From positions 64,001 to 128,000 of the IMG/VR virus record IMGVR_UViG_2724679462_000002: a stretch of 64,000 nucleotides of DNA. The stretch is one strand, 5' to 3'. Below the pieces are notes generated by a model that had not been told where the DNA came from, did not search any database, and saw only the letters and a program-made list of their open reading frames with translations. Each line of letters begins with the position of its first letter. Position 1 is the stretch's first letter. Position numbers and translations under genes: made by a program. Of the stretch, positions 10,040 through 20,502 are shown piece after piece. The DNA comes from a virus. Lineage: Duplodnaviria > Caudoviricetes.

Positions 10040-11665
10040 ATGCCACAGCGTTCTGCGATTCCTTTCAATCTGAGCTTGCTCGAACTCACGCCAGCCAAGT
10101 TGCAAGGGCTGAAGCCCGTGACCTCACTCGCCTTCTTCGACGGCAATAGCAACAACTTTGCGGAAGACGGCCTGTTCTCCGTGAGCATCTTCGGCAAAGT
10201 CGGCGACGAGAAGCGTTCGCAACGCTTTTCTTTCATCGACATTCGCGTGCCGATCTTTCATCCAGTGATCTTCCGCGCGCTCGTCAGCCTGAAGCGCTTG
10301 TACGGCGACATCATCTCGGGTGCCGAATACGCCGTGTGGAATCCGGAGATCCGCGACTTTGAACGCAGCGATCCAGTCAACGGCAAGACGGGCTTTCAGT
10401 TCTTCGTGTCCAACTGGAAGAACATCGCCTTCGAGAAAACGAAGAGTGACACGCGCGAGCAGAACATCCTGCTCATCGAGAAGTTCAAGGAAAAGGGACT
10501 GACGTCGAGGATCGTAGTGATGCCCGCTGGCATGCGCGATCTGGAGATTGGTCCAGATGGTCGGGTGCGTGAGGACGAGATCAACACGATCTACCGGGAG
10601 CTGATCGCCAAATCGAATAGCGTAACCGACTCGGCGCTGCGCACGAACCCCGAGATCATCAATACGGTTCGCTACAGCCTGCAGATGACCTTCAACAAGC
10701 TCTATGACTTGCTCGAGAGCATGGTAGAAGGCAAGCGCAAGCTTCTGATGGGCAAGTGGGCGAGCCGGCGTGTCTTTGACGGTACGCGAAACGTGATCAC
10801 GGCGATGGACACCTCGGCGGCGTATCTCGGCGCGCCCGGCAACGTCGGTTTCAACAACACCGTGATCGGCCTGTATCAGATGCTGAAGGCCGCTCGACCG
10901 GTGGCTGTCTATCACATCCGCAATGGCTTTCTCCAAAAGGTCTTTCCGGGTGCTGGGATGGCTGCGAAGCTCGTCAACAAGAAAACTCTACAGGCGGAGC
11001 CGACGCAGTTGAAGGTGGACTACTTCGACCGCTGGATGACGAGTGAAGGGATCGAGAAAATTCTGACGGCGTTCGGTGAAGAGGATCTGCGCCACAAACC
11101 CATCGAGATCGACGGCAAGTATCTGGGCCTCATCTACCGGGGCCCGGACATGACGTTTCGCTTCATGAACAGCATCGACGAGCTACCCGAGGGTCGCGAC
11201 AAGAAAGACGTCTCGCCGATCACGTTTTGTCAGCTGCTCTACCTCTCGACCTATCGTGAGATGGACCGCCTGCCCCTTTTTGTCACGCGTTACCCGATTA
11301 CGGGTATCGGCTCGATCGTGCCAAGCAAGGCGCACGTTCGCACGACGGTGCTTTCCGAACGACGCAAGGAACTGGGTCCGGACTGGAATCCGCTGGGCGA
11401 CGACTACGTGGCCTACGAGTTTCCTGTCGACGGTGGCGCATTCATCAACTCACTGGTGCCGCACAGCTCCAAGCTGGGCCTGATGGGCGCTGACTTCGAC
11501 GGCGATACGTCCTCGGGCAACGTCACCTACACCGACGAAAGCATTCAAGAAGTTGATGAGTTTCTCGCCAGTCGTCGCGCCTATGTGGGCACCGACGGCC
11601 GAGCGCTTGCAAGCGTAGCAGTCTCCACAGTGAACCTGGTGCTGCACAACCTGACCGGGGATTAA
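10040..11665 (+). CDS. Virion RNA polymerase beta' subunit, catalytic part (phiKZ gp180-like)
   Basis: 541 aa; GLFSVSIFG, TRNVITA, TRYPI and the catalytic GADFDGD motif; adjacent to the beta subunit gene. Confidence 0.9.
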   Translation: MPQRSAIPFNLSLLELTPAKLQGLKPVTSLAFFDGNSNNFAEDGLFSVSIFGKVGDEKRSQRFSFIDIRVPIFHPVIFRALVSLKRLYGDIISGAEYAVWNPEIRDFERSDPVNGKTGFQFFVSNWKNIAFEKTKSDTREQNILLIEKFKEKGLTSRIVVMPAGMRDLEIGPDGRVREDEINTIYRELIAKSNSVTDSALRTNPEIINTVRYSLQMTFNKLYDLLESMVEGKRKLLMGKWASRRVFDGTRNVITAMDTSAAYLGAPGNVGFNNTVIGLYQMLKAARPVAVYHIRNGFLQKVFPGAGMAAKLVNKKTLQAEPTQLKVDYFDRWMTSEGIEKILTAFGEEDLRHKPIEIDGKYLGLIYRGPDMTFRFMNSIDELPEGRDKKDVSPITFCQLLYLSTYREMDRLPLFVTRYPITGIGSIVPSKAHVRTTVLSERRKELGPDWNPLGDDYVAYEFPVDGGAFINSLVPHSSKLGLMGADFDGDTSSGNVTYTDESIQEVDEFLASRRAYVGTDGRALASVAVSTVNLVLHNLTGD

Positions 11666-11670
11666 ACAAG

Positions 11671-13461
11671 ATGTTCCTGTACGAATACTTCTATCGACGA
11701 TACGGCGTGCGCCGCACCGCACAGCTGATTCAACCGCCCCTTCCGGGCATGGATCAACTGGCGCTGCCCAAGCGCAGCCTGTTCCACTTCATGGGCGGCG
11801 GTCCGCTCGACAGCGGTCCCGACTCAAACCAGATCGAGTTTCGTGGCATCACGAAGCCGATCGTCGTCTCGCACGTCTTTCAGCAAAGCGCGAATCAGGG
11901 CAACCCGCGCCTCGTCCGGACTTCGACCCCATTGCTCTCTTCGCAGTGGTTCCAGAAGCATCGGCGGTACAAGAAGATCGTGAACTTCGAGACGGGCACG
12001 CGGGACGACAACACGCTGGCCGTGATGAACTATGCGTTCCTGTGGCGGATGTACCGCTACCCGCGATCGTTGTTCGCCAACTTCTATCAGTGGCACAACA
12101 TCGCGGAGACGCTCTGGAGCCAGGTGGGCGACATTGCTTCGCGCTCCAATCGGCATCAGTTCATTCCGATCACCTTGCCCAAGATCCTGCCGTGTCTGGC
12201 TGATCTGAAGGTCGGCGAGATGAGCGGCATCAACCAGCGACTCATCAAACGTTTCAATTCGCACGAAGCGCTGATGATCCTTGAGATCTGGAAGTGGCTC
12301 GGCGAGAACCGCAAGTCGTCGATGCTCTCTCACGTGAACGATGCGAACATCGGTCGTGTCAACCTTCTGTTCGAGGAAAGCGGCCGTTGGTTCGTGGTGA
12401 ACCTCGCCACGCTCAACGGCTGGCGGATTGCTACGCCGTCTGAGCTGGAGGCCAATCCGGACGCGAATCAGCACGGGTACCCGCCTGCTCGCATGCAGCG
12501 TTTCTTCCTGCGTATGCTCATGTCCCTGATGGAAGTCCGCACTGCCGCAGCACCTGAAGTCATGGCTGAGAGCGATAGCGCGGTGCCGGCCACGGGCGAA
12601 ACCCCCCAGGAACCGACCAACGTCGTGGATTCGGTCAATCCGACCACGGGCGAGATCACCAAGACGGTTCAGCAGCCGAGCGAGGTACCAACCTACTTCC
12701 AGGTGCCGAAGCAGCTGGATGCGGATCTCGATGATGAAGACGGTGACCGAACCAAAACCATGCGCGTGGTCGCAGCGCTCAAGCATGAAGACGATGCACC
12801 GGATGAGCGCGGCACTGACATCCATCGCGATATGGAGTTGGAGAAGCAGATCGACGCGGATCTGGACCAGCTCGAGCACATCGCGAATCTGAGCGATCCG
12901 GAGGAAGAGACACGCACGGAAGCGGTGATCGAAGCGCCGGTCACACTCAGTCCCGAAGGCGCCGTGATGAAGATCTGTGATCGGCTCGCCGAGCAGGGAA
13001 TGCTGAGTGCCGGCGAACACCGTCGCTATCAAGCGCTCTCGCAGGCGTACAAGAAGATCGTTGCACCGGACGGCAAGTCGACGCTGGGTGACTTTTCGCA
13101 GGTTGCGAAAGAAGACGTACACATTCCGGAATCGCCAGCCCTACCCGATGTCGCAACGGTGCCGGACAAGACGATGCTCAAATCGTCGCTCATGGTGTTC
13201 GACTCACATTACATCAAGAAGGTCATGCAGAAGGATGTCGCCAGCATGGTGCTCAACCTTCAGCAGGCCGGCCTCTGCGTCACCGGCTACGAGGTCGAAG
13301 ACGTCGATGATGTCATGGGCGAATACAAGATCTACACCGTGCGCGTGACACCGGTCGATGGGACACAATCGACGTTCCGATTCCGGCTGCCAACAGTAGC
13401 TGAAGACGGTACGTTCACCAGCAACGGTGTGAAGTATCGCGTGCGAAAGCAGCGAGGGGAT
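11671..13461 (+). CDS. Virion RNA polymerase beta subunit (phiKZ gp178-like), exon 1
   Basis: 597 codons ending ...YRVRKQRGD. The apparent TAA stop is the first 3 nt of a group I intron. Confidence 0.85.
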
Positions 13462-13849
13462 TAAAACATGTATGGTCCCCGTGTCGTAGAAATACGGCAC
13501 AAGAAAACCTATCTAATTGCGGGAACCCGCCTAGACCCAACAACTACCACCTACGCGCGGAAACGCAGCGTAGCACCTGTAGGGTAATCATCCAAACAGG
13601 AATGGTGAAAATGTTGTTGGGTGGCGCAACCGACGCAGCGAAGCTCCTAAGTACCCACGGTATATGGAGTGTGCTCAGAGGCCATCGAAAGCTACGACGC
13701 AAGGCGTCTAACGACACCTGTATAAAGCCAGGTGGTCACCTCTCGGTGATTCAAGCGAGTAGAGTAGGACGTCGCAAGACATCCGAAAAGATAGGCACCC
13801 TACCCTCGAATCGAGGCGGGTGAAGATATGGTCCACCTTGGATGGGGTG
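13462..13849 (+). mobile_element. Group I self-splicing intron without homing-endonuclease ORF (388 nt)
   Basis: P1 GGGGAU/GUCCCC with U.G at the 5' splice site. P3 cctatct(13508)/agatagg(13789). P aattgcgggaa (13515), Q-like aaccgacgcagc (13628), R gctcagaggcca (13673), S aagatatggtcc (13823). P9 acctt-ggat-ggggt then terminal G. Splicing restores frame: RKQRGD|LPIRKI. Confidence 0.9.
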
Positions 13850-16414
13850 CTTCCCATCCGAAAGATCGGTCCGGACATCGTGGCGCTCACGAGCTACTAC
13901 GGCAAAGTGTTTGTCTCTCGGTCGCCGAAGCGCGTGAACGACTACGGGACCTGGTTGTGTAACTCGATCCGCGCGATCGGGCTCGAGAAAGGCAGCAGCT
14001 TGCTCGGGAACATGCACATGGCGGATGTGTTCGACAATTTCTTCCCGTGTCCTCGGCTCTACAGCATCTTGGCGATGTCGTTCCGTGGATTCACGCTGGC
14101 GGGGTTCGAGTGGAACTTCGATCACAGCAAGCGTGCGGCGTTGTATGGCGAGGAGATGCTGAAGGTCTACGAGCGTGACGGGATTGTCATTTGTGGCAAG
14201 TCGATGAAGGATCCGAAGTCCTTCCTTCTGATGGACGCGAAAGGTGCGCTCTACCATGCCACGTTTGGTCAGCGTCATCTGCCGCTCGTGCTGCCGAGCA
14301 TCGAAGAGATGTTGCAGCTTGAGCCTGCCAAGGCGCCTGTCGACTTCGCCGAAGTGAAAGTGTTGGGACGCACGATCCCGCTGGGTGTGGTGCTCGGTTA
14401 CGAAATGGGTCTCGAGCGTCTGATGAAGCTGCTCAAGGTCGAACCTCGCCGCGTACCGGCAGGGCAGCGCGTCAATCTGCAGCCGAACGAATACAGCCTG
14501 GTCTTTTCGGACGAGACACTCGCGTTCCCGCGTGACAGGACGTTCGCCTCGATGGTGCTCGCGGGCTTCAACGAGTATCACCGCAGCCTGCGGACATACA
14601 ACGTTCACGAGTTCGACCGGCGCGGCGTGTACCTGAACCTGTTGGAGTCGGCTGGCGCATCGACGCGCTATCTGCGCGAGATCGATCTTCAGTATCAGCT
14701 TTTCGTTGACCCGATCACGCGCGAGCTGCTCGTCGACATGAAGGAGCCCACGGACTATCAGAGCCTGCTACTCAAGGCCTGCGAGATGCTGCTCACTGAC
14801 CATCACCCGGACGAACTCGATTCGCGCTACATGCGGATCAAGGGCTACGAGCGGATGGCGGGTGCTGTCTACTCGGAAATCGTGCGTTCCATTCGTGTGC
14901 ACAACGGTCGTGCGGGCAAATCGCGTTTGCCGATTGACCTGCACCCGTTCCAGGTCTGGAAGAACATCACCCAGGATCCGGCAAAGATCCAGGTGTCGGA
15001 AATCAATCCGATCCAGAACCTGAAAGAAATGGAAGCGGTGACGTACTCGGGTGTTGGTGGTCGAGGTTCGCGCAGCATGACGAAGTCGACCCGTGCCTAC
15101 CATCAGAACGACATGGGCACGATCTCGGAATCGACCGTCGACTCTTCGGACGTCGCAATCAACACCTACACCAGCGCGGATCCGCAGTTCACCTCGCTGC
15201 GTGGCGTCTCGCGTCCCTATGACGTGAAGAAGTCGGGCGCAACGGCTCTGCTTTCGACGTCGGCGCTGTTGTCACCGGCGGCTGATCGCGACGATCCGAA
15301 ACGGGTGAACTTCATCGGCATCCAGCAGAGTCACGGCATCGCCTGTCGCGGCTACAAGCAGGCAGCGCTTCGCACGGGTTACGAGGGCGTTATTGCTCAT
15401 CGTGCAGGTGACTTGTTTGCAGTGACTGCGAAGAAGAGCGGCAAGGTGCTATCCGTCAATGAGCACGGCATGCAGGTGCAGTACGAAGACGGTGAGATTC
15501 AAGGCATCGAGCTCGGACGCCGTTACGGCAACGCCGCCGGTCTCGTGGTTCCGCACCAGGTCAACACGAACATGAAGGCCGGGCAGACGTTCAAGCCAGG
15601 CACTCTCCTCTCCTACAACGACGGCTTCTTCGAGCCGGACGTGCTGAATCCTGACAGTGTTGTCTGGAAAGCCGGGATCACGGTGAAGACTGTGTTCATG
15701 GAGGCGATGGTGACGCTCGAGGACTCCTCGGCGATCTCGAGAGAGGTCTCGGAACTGCTGACCACGCAGTTGACCAAGGTGCGGACCGTCGTCGTCAACT
15801 TCGACCAAGAGATCCACAAGCTCGTAAAACCGGGCAGCGTTCTGGGCTCCGAGGATATTTTATGCGTCATCGAGGACGCCGTGACAGCGGGCAACCGTCT
15901 GTTCGACGAGGAGTCTCTTGACACGCTGCGTGTGCTCAGCGAACAAACGCCCAAGGCGAAATCCGCGGGTGTCGTTGAGCGTATTGAGGTCTTCTACCAC
16001 GGGGAGCTGGAGGACATGTCGCCTTCACTCCAGAAGCTCGCGGCCACATCCGATGCGGCCATGATCAAGCGTTCGCGCTCCGTGGGTAAGAAAGGCTACA
16101 CCGGCAGCGTCGACGAAAGCTTCCGCGTCGAAGGCACACCGCTTCAGTTGGACACCGCAGCGATTCAAATCTACCTCACTGCGGACGTGCCGGCTGGCGT
16201 GGGTGACAAGGGCGTGTTCGGCAACCAGTTGAAAACGGTGTTTGGTCAGGTGATGGAGCGTGAGCTGAGAACGGAGTCCGGACTGAAGGTCGATGCGATC
16301 TTTGGCGCGAAATCCGTTGCAGACCGGATCGTGTCGTCCCCGGAACTCATCGCTACTACCACGACCTTGCTCGATGTGATCGGCCAGAAGGCCGTAGAAC
16401 TCTACCGGTCGTAG
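13850..16414 (+). CDS. Virion RNA polymerase beta subunit, exon 2 (spliced product 1451 aa)
   Basis: RNAP beta motifs: INPIQNL, G.GGR, DMGTISESTVDSSDVAIN, DDPKRVNFIGIQQSH, EDSSAIS, GVGDKGVFGNQLKTV, DAIFG. Confidence 0.9.
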   Translation, partial: LPIRKIGPDIVALTSYYGKVFVSRSPKRVNDYGTWLCNSIRAIGLEKGSSLLGNMHMADVFDNFFPCPRLYSILAMSFRGFTLAGFEWNFDHSKRAALYGEEMLKVYERDGIVICGKSMKDPKSFLLMDAKGALYHATFGQRHLPLVLPSIEEMLQLEPAKAPVDFAEVKVLGRTIPLGVVLGYEMGLERLMKLLKVEPRRVPAGQRVNLQPNEYSLVFSDETLAFPRDRTFASMVLAGFNEYHRSLRTYNVHEFDRRGVYLNLLESAGASTRYLREIDLQYQLFVDPITRELLVDMKEPTDYQSLLLKACEMLLTDHHPDELDSRYMRIKGYERMAGAVYSEIVRSIRVHNGRAGKSRLPIDLHPFQVWKNITQDPAKIQVSEINPIQNLKEMEAVTYSGVGGRGSRSMTKSTRAYHQNDMGTISESTVDSSDVAINTYTSADPQFTSLRGVSRPYDVKKSGATALLSTSALLSPAADRDDPKRVNFIGIQQSHGIACRGYKQAALRTGYEGVIAHRAGDLFAVTAKKSGKVLSVNEHGMQVQYEDGEIQGIELGRRYGNAAGLVVPHQVNTNMKAGQTFKPGTLLSYNDGFFEPDVLNPDSVVWKAGITVKTVFMEAMVTLEDSSAISREVSELLTTQLTKVRTVVVNFDQEIHKLVKPGSVLGSEDILCVIEDAVTAGNRLFDEESLDTLRVLSEQTPKAKSAGVVERIEVFYHGELEDMSPSLQKLAATSDAAMIKRSRSVGKKGYTGSVDESFRVEGTPLQLDTAAIQIYLTADVPAGVGDKGVFGNQLKTVFGQVMERELRTESGLKVDAIFGAKSVADRIVSSPELIATTTTLLDVIGQKAVELYRS

Positions 16415-16490
16415 ACCCCACGGACAAACGGCGGACCTTCGGGTCTGCTGTTTGTTCAAGATTTATTCAGTCCTGCTGATAGGAATTTTC

Positions 16491-16679
16491 ATGAAATCCA
16501 GAGAATCTGAAAAGACGCTCGTGACGCTCGCGAATGCCACGACTCTCGTGCGCACCATCGTTCAGGGCGTCCTCGGCAACGACGCCGCAGACACCTTCGG
16601 GGGCGCGCCGCTCACAACGGATGTGATCAACCAAATCGCCCAGGCCAAGTTTCAGGCTGCGGTGCAACCCTACCTGTAA
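16491..16679 (+). CDS. Small hypothetical protein (62 aa)
   Basis: ATG with AGGA RBS; fills the gap between vRNAP beta and the next gene; coding-like codon usage. Confidence 0.65.
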   Translation: MKSRESEKTLVTLANATTLVRTIVQGVLGNDAADTFGGAPLTTDVINQIAQAKFQAAVQPYL

Positions 16680-16694
16680 AAGGACGCGAAGACC

Positions 16695-18128
16695 ATGTTG
16701 AACGAGAAAGTCCTGATGGCTTCGCTGCCGTTGACTGAGCGACTGGACGCGCGCGGTCTCGCGCTGTATCCGGTTTCGGGTACGCCGCTTGACGCGCTGT
16801 GCTCCTCGACCCGCTCGGACTCGGCCCTTTTCATCGCTGCCAACGGCGACCCCCGTGCGCTCATCGGCAGCATCTGCACGATGGCCAACACGACCGACCC
16901 GATGATGCAGTGCTCCGAGCACGATGCTGTTCTCGACTCGATCGCCGAAACTGCGATCGCTGCGGTGAAAGGTCACATCGCCTTCGCCCGTACCATCGTG
17001 GCACCGGCGATCAACGATCTGTACGCCCGCGTGAAAGCATCGCTGGCGGAGGTCAATCAGTCGTCGCTGCTGGGCATGGAAGTCGAAGTGCTGCGCGAGC
17101 CGAAGCCGCTCGACAATGGCGCCCTGCAGAGCGCCGTGCGCAAATTCGACGGTCTGTCCTTCGACAGCCCCTCGCTCACGCTGCGCCTGCCGGATCTGTC
17201 GATGGATGAGATCCGTGAACTGATGCTCTCGGGCGGTGGTGGACTGGACGCCGACATCGCTGAATGGATGGCGGAAAAGGGAGATGACTTTTTCCGTTAT
17301 GTCTGGGCGAGCCTCTTCCAGCAAACCTTCCCGCGTGACGGCGACCGCGTGCGTTCGTTCGGGGAATGGGTCACCGACCGCGCACAGGGCACGGACGTGG
17401 CACTGGCCGTCTTCCTGATCGCGCGCAAGCTGAGCGATGGCAAGCCGCTCGAAGGCACTGCAATGTCGCTCTCGAGCTATCAAGGCACGATCGTCGATTT
17501 CCGCAATCAGGCCGGCGCTGCACTCTGCCGTGCGCTGGACAAGATCGAGCGCGCGAGCAAGTCGGGTCAGCTGGTGCGCGACGTGGTCGGTACGAAGACG
17601 GTGGTGTACGAACCGGTCTATCGACGCTTCCTCGAAGAAGGCGGCACGAACGAGATGCTCTTCGCGAACGCGCTCGGGATTCCGTTTGCGACCTCGATCG
17701 AAGCAATCATGGCTCAGCGCGAACAGCTCGCCAAGCGCTGGAACACGCATGCGTCGATCACCCGCACCGCGGAATCGAACAAGCGCTTCAACATCACCAA
17801 GGATCTGCTCGATCTGCATTTCCGTGCACAACTCGCGGAAGTGACCGATGGCGAAGAAGCGACCGCGAACAACCGCGAAACCGTGCTGCGTCTGTTCAAG
17901 GAATGCCTCGCCAAGCTGCGCGAGAGCGACCTGAACGATCTCTACAGTGCATGCCTGATCCTCGTGTGCCGTGCTCGCTTCTTCAAGACGGACGCTGAAC
18001 GCATCCTCGTCGGCATCGAGCAAGCAAAGTGCGAGAACCCGGACATCTCCGTGCGTGAAGCGGCAGCAGCCAGTGTCCTGAACTACATCGCTTACTGGGT
18101 CGGCACGCAACTTAAGGTAGTCGGCTAA
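16695..18128 (+). CDS. Conserved phiKZ-like hypothetical protein (gp177-like position)
   Basis: 477 aa, AAGGA RBS, strong GC3 bias, lies between vRNAP beta and the protease. Confidence 0.75.
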   Translation: MLNEKVLMASLPLTERLDARGLALYPVSGTPLDALCSSTRSDSALFIAANGDPRALIGSICTMANTTDPMMQCSEHDAVLDSIAETAIAAVKGHIAFARTIVAPAINDLYARVKASLAEVNQSSLLGMEVEVLREPKPLDNGALQSAVRKFDGLSFDSPSLTLRLPDLSMDEIRELMLSGGGGLDADIAEWMAEKGDDFFRYVWASLFQQTFPRDGDRVRSFGEWVTDRAQGTDVALAVFLIARKLSDGKPLEGTAMSLSSYQGTIVDFRNQAGAALCRALDKIERASKSGQLVRDVVGTKTVVYEPVYRRFLEEGGTNEMLFANALGIPFATSIEAIMAQREQLAKRWNTHASITRTAESNKRFNITKDLLDLHFRAQLAEVTDGEEATANNRETVLRLFKECLAKLRESDLNDLYSACLILVCRARFFKTDAERILVGIEQAKCENPDISVREAAAASVLNYIAYWVGTQLKVVG

Positions 18129-18157
18129 GCGCGCATCTTTCTGTTTCTTGTGAGGAC

Positions 18158-18886
18158 GTGATGGATCCGAAAACTCTTATCAGAGACCCTGAACGGGTCA
18201 AAAGCGCTCTCCGGGAAACGGAAGAAGGTCAGCTCATCGCCAAGGAACCGGTGAAGATCTACATTCCAACCCGGTTCGCTGAGCGAGGACTGGCCTCGAT
18301 CGGGATCGAGACGTACATCTACGGCATCTATGCAATGACTGTCGAAGACAGCTATTACGCGGTGTCGTTGGTGAACGCACTCATCCGGATCGAACCCACC
18401 TCGATGATGAAGATCATGATCGACGAGGACGAATACTTCGAGTTCGAATTCGAGAAGGGCGCGGTGATTACACCGACCCTTGATCTCGTGAAGACCGACA
18501 CGCTTGTGTACAAAGTCTACAAGGAGATTATCGAAGGCGGCCATACGCCTTGGTACCTAGGCTACAACGAGATGGCCCGGATCTTCGACACGGCGCGCTA
18601 CCACGCCGGGGCAAACGTGGGCGGCAACCACGAAGTCACTGAGTTGCTTGTCTCGATCATCGCGCGCAATCCAAAGAACCGCCATGAGTACTACCGCACG
18701 ACGGTCAACGACATGCGGGAGCTCGAAACCAACAAGCCGGTCTTCATTCCGCTGCGCTCAGTCGAGTACGCAGCGAGCAACACCCTCAGCAAGCTCGCGG
18801 GCAGCTACTTCAGTCGCGGTGTCGTCAGTGCTCTGGTCTCCCCCTCTGAGCGCGTCGAGCGACTGGACCAGCTACTGACAAGTTGA
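18158..18886 (+). CDS. Conserved phiKZ-like hypothetical protein (gp176-like position)
   Basis: 242 aa, GAGGA RBS, immediately upstream of the prohead protease. Confidence 0.75.
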   Translation: MMDPKTLIRDPERVKSALRETEEGQLIAKEPVKIYIPTRFAERGLASIGIETYIYGIYAMTVEDSYYAVSLVNALIRIEPTSMMKIMIDEDEYFEFEFEKGAVITPTLDLVKTDTLVYKVYKEIIEGGHTPWYLGYNEMARIFDTARYHAGANVGGNHEVTELLVSIIARNPKNRHEYYRTTVNDMRELETNKPVFIPLRSVEYAASNTLSKLAGSYFSRGVVSALVSPSERVERLDQLLTS

Positions 18887-18920
18887 GCGGCAACCCTTTT
18901 CTTAGAACGAGAACCGCATC

Positions 18921-19679
18921 ATGGGTAACAACTACATCCGCTTCGGTTTCACGGCGCTCAACGGCACGAACAAGGCTGGCGATCTGCGACCGGACGAAGA
19001 CGGCTACTACGAGGTGGTGCTGGGTGGGCTGGATGTGTATAACTCCGCCGACCAGTTCTATCCGTACGAGCCCGCTAAGGAACTCTTCACCAGCTCCAGC
19101 CAGCTGATGCGACGCGTAGCCAACGGCGCGTTGCGCGGCGAATACGGGCATCCCAAGATGGTGCCGGGCCAGAGCTACGACTCGTACGCTCAGCGCATCC
19201 TGTCGATCTACGAAGGCGACGTGTCCCACCACATCAGGGAGATCACGCTGGACTTCGACCGCATCCGCGATCCGCAAGGCCGCAAGTGCATCGCGATCGT
19301 CGGTAAAGTTTGCCCGAGTGGTCCGAAGGGTGACGCGCTGCGTCGCTCGCTCGAGAACAAGAACGAGAACGTCTGCTTCTCGATCCGTGCCTTCACGCGC
19401 GACGATCAGGTCGGTCGCACGACGCACCGCGTGCTCAAGAATATCGTGACGTGGGACTACGTGAACGAGCCGGGCATTGCGATCGCCAACAAGTTCAAGT
19501 CGCCGGCGCTCGAGGAGATCGCCGAATCGATGTTCTCGCGTCGCCATCTGGAAGGTGCGCAGCGGGCGTCCGCACAAGGTATCGCTCAAGAATCGGTTCG
19601 CCTCAACGTTCAAGAGCTGTTCCAAGCTTGCGGATGGGCGTCGGACAACGGTAACAAGCCCGCCTACCTGAACTGGTAA
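18921..19679 (+). CDS. Prohead (head maturation) serine protease, phiKZ gp175-like
   Basis: GEYGHP, VSHHI, FSIRA and TWDYVNEPG motifs of T4 gp21-type proteases; C-terminal ALE/AQE candidate self-cleavage sites. Confidence 0.85.
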   Translation: MGNNYIRFGFTALNGTNKAGDLRPDEDGYYEVVLGGLDVYNSADQFYPYEPAKELFTSSSQLMRRVANGALRGEYGHPKMVPGQSYDSYAQRILSIYEGDVSHHIREITLDFDRIRDPQGRKCIAIVGKVCPSGPKGDALRRSLENKNENVCFSIRAFTRDDQVGRTTHRVLKNIVTWDYVNEPGIAIANKFKSPALEEIAESMFSRRHLEGAQRASAQGIAQESVRLNVQELFQACGWASDNGNKPAYLNW

Positions 19680-19690
19680 GGAACTAACCG

Positions 19691-19780
19691 ATGTGTCCCT
19701 GATGCGGAAGTTTCATGCTCGCGGAGCATGAGGGCGGCTGGTGGTGCTGCATGAACTGCGGCAACAACTGGAAGGAATAG
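19691..19780 (+). other. Micro-ORF encoding a Zn ribbon with an in-frame TGA: MCP*CGSFMLAEHEGGWWCCMNCGNNWKE (recoded gene or pseudogene)
   Basis: AAGGA RBS overlaps the protease stop. The CxxC...CxxCG pattern reads across the TGA at 19700-19702. Hairpin at 19711-19733. Confidence 0.5.
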
Positions 19781-19790
19781 TCGACGTACA

Positions 19791-19828
19791 TACGCCAGCA
19801 GGGGTGACCTGCTGGCGCTTATGCCGTC
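19791..19828 (+). terminator. Hairpin + TTATGCCG element ending the vRNAP-protease operon
   Basis: cgccagcagg-ggtga-cctgctggcg followed by cttatgccgtc. Confidence 0.65.
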
Positions 19829-19855
19829 TGCTTACCTGATTGAAACCGAAAACAA

Positions 19856-19866
19856 ACACATATCAC
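19856..19866 (+). promoter_or_regulatory. Putative early (vRNAP) promoter motif ACACATATCAC
   Basis: Same ATATCAC core as upstream of phuZ, chmA and the nvRNAP gene; resembles the phiKZ early consensus TATATTAC. Confidence 0.55.
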
Positions 19867-19968
19867 TAACTTGAACCTGGAACCCCAGAGTTCTAAAGGA
19901 ATCTGGGGAATTTTTACGTCGGTAACCCCTTGTTATGGCTAGAACCAAACCGGAAATCAATTAGCTCT

Positions 19969-20502
19969 ATGAACATGGAAAACCGCGATGAGATTCGCCT
20001 GCAATTCAAAGGCGAAGAGTATCTCGTGAAAACGCTCATTGGCCTGATGCGTCAGGCTCCCGTAATTGAAGTCAAACCCGAAGATCTGAATCCGATCGAT
20101 CCGACAGGTGCCGACTCCCAGAATTTCGGTGTATGCTACGCGCCTGCTGCACCGGAGCTGCAATACGGGGAAATCGCCTTCTTCAAGCAGGAAGGCAAGT
20201 ACACGGTTTTGCTTGGCAAGAGTTCCGTGCAGAAGGCGTTCGAGCAAGGCGCTGCTACCGTCAAGGGCCGCCTCATCTCCTCGCCAGGGCTGAAGAAGAT
20301 TCGGATCATTACCAGCTCTCCCTCTGAAGTGGTTGTGCCATCCACGCAACAGATCCGCAGTTCGGAGTATTTCCAGCGCGACAACAGCAACAGACCCTAT
20401 CGGAGCGAACGCCCGCCTCGGGAAGGCGCGCGGCCGTACTCCAATCGTTACAACCCGAATTCAAACGGCGCCGGCACGCGGAGGGACTTTCACAAGTCGT
20501 AA
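19969..20502 (+). CDS. Hypothetical protein with basic R/N-rich disordered C-tail
   Basis: ORF downstream of the promoter motif; start codon uncertain (19969 or 19975). Confidence 0.65.
   Translation: MNMENRDEIRLQFKGEEYLVKTLIGLMRQAPVIEVKPEDLNPIDPTGADSQNFGVCYAPAAPELQYGEIAFFKQEGKYTVLLGKSSVQKAFEQGAATVKGRLISSPGLKKIRIITSSPSEVVVPSTQQIRSSEYFQRDNSNRPYRSERPPREGARPYSNRYNPNSNGAGTRRDFHKS

Noticed and set aside
13820-13849. GTG start of a separate 864-aa RNAP protein
   Set aside because: These codons are intron S/P9 sequence; the ORF is exon 2.
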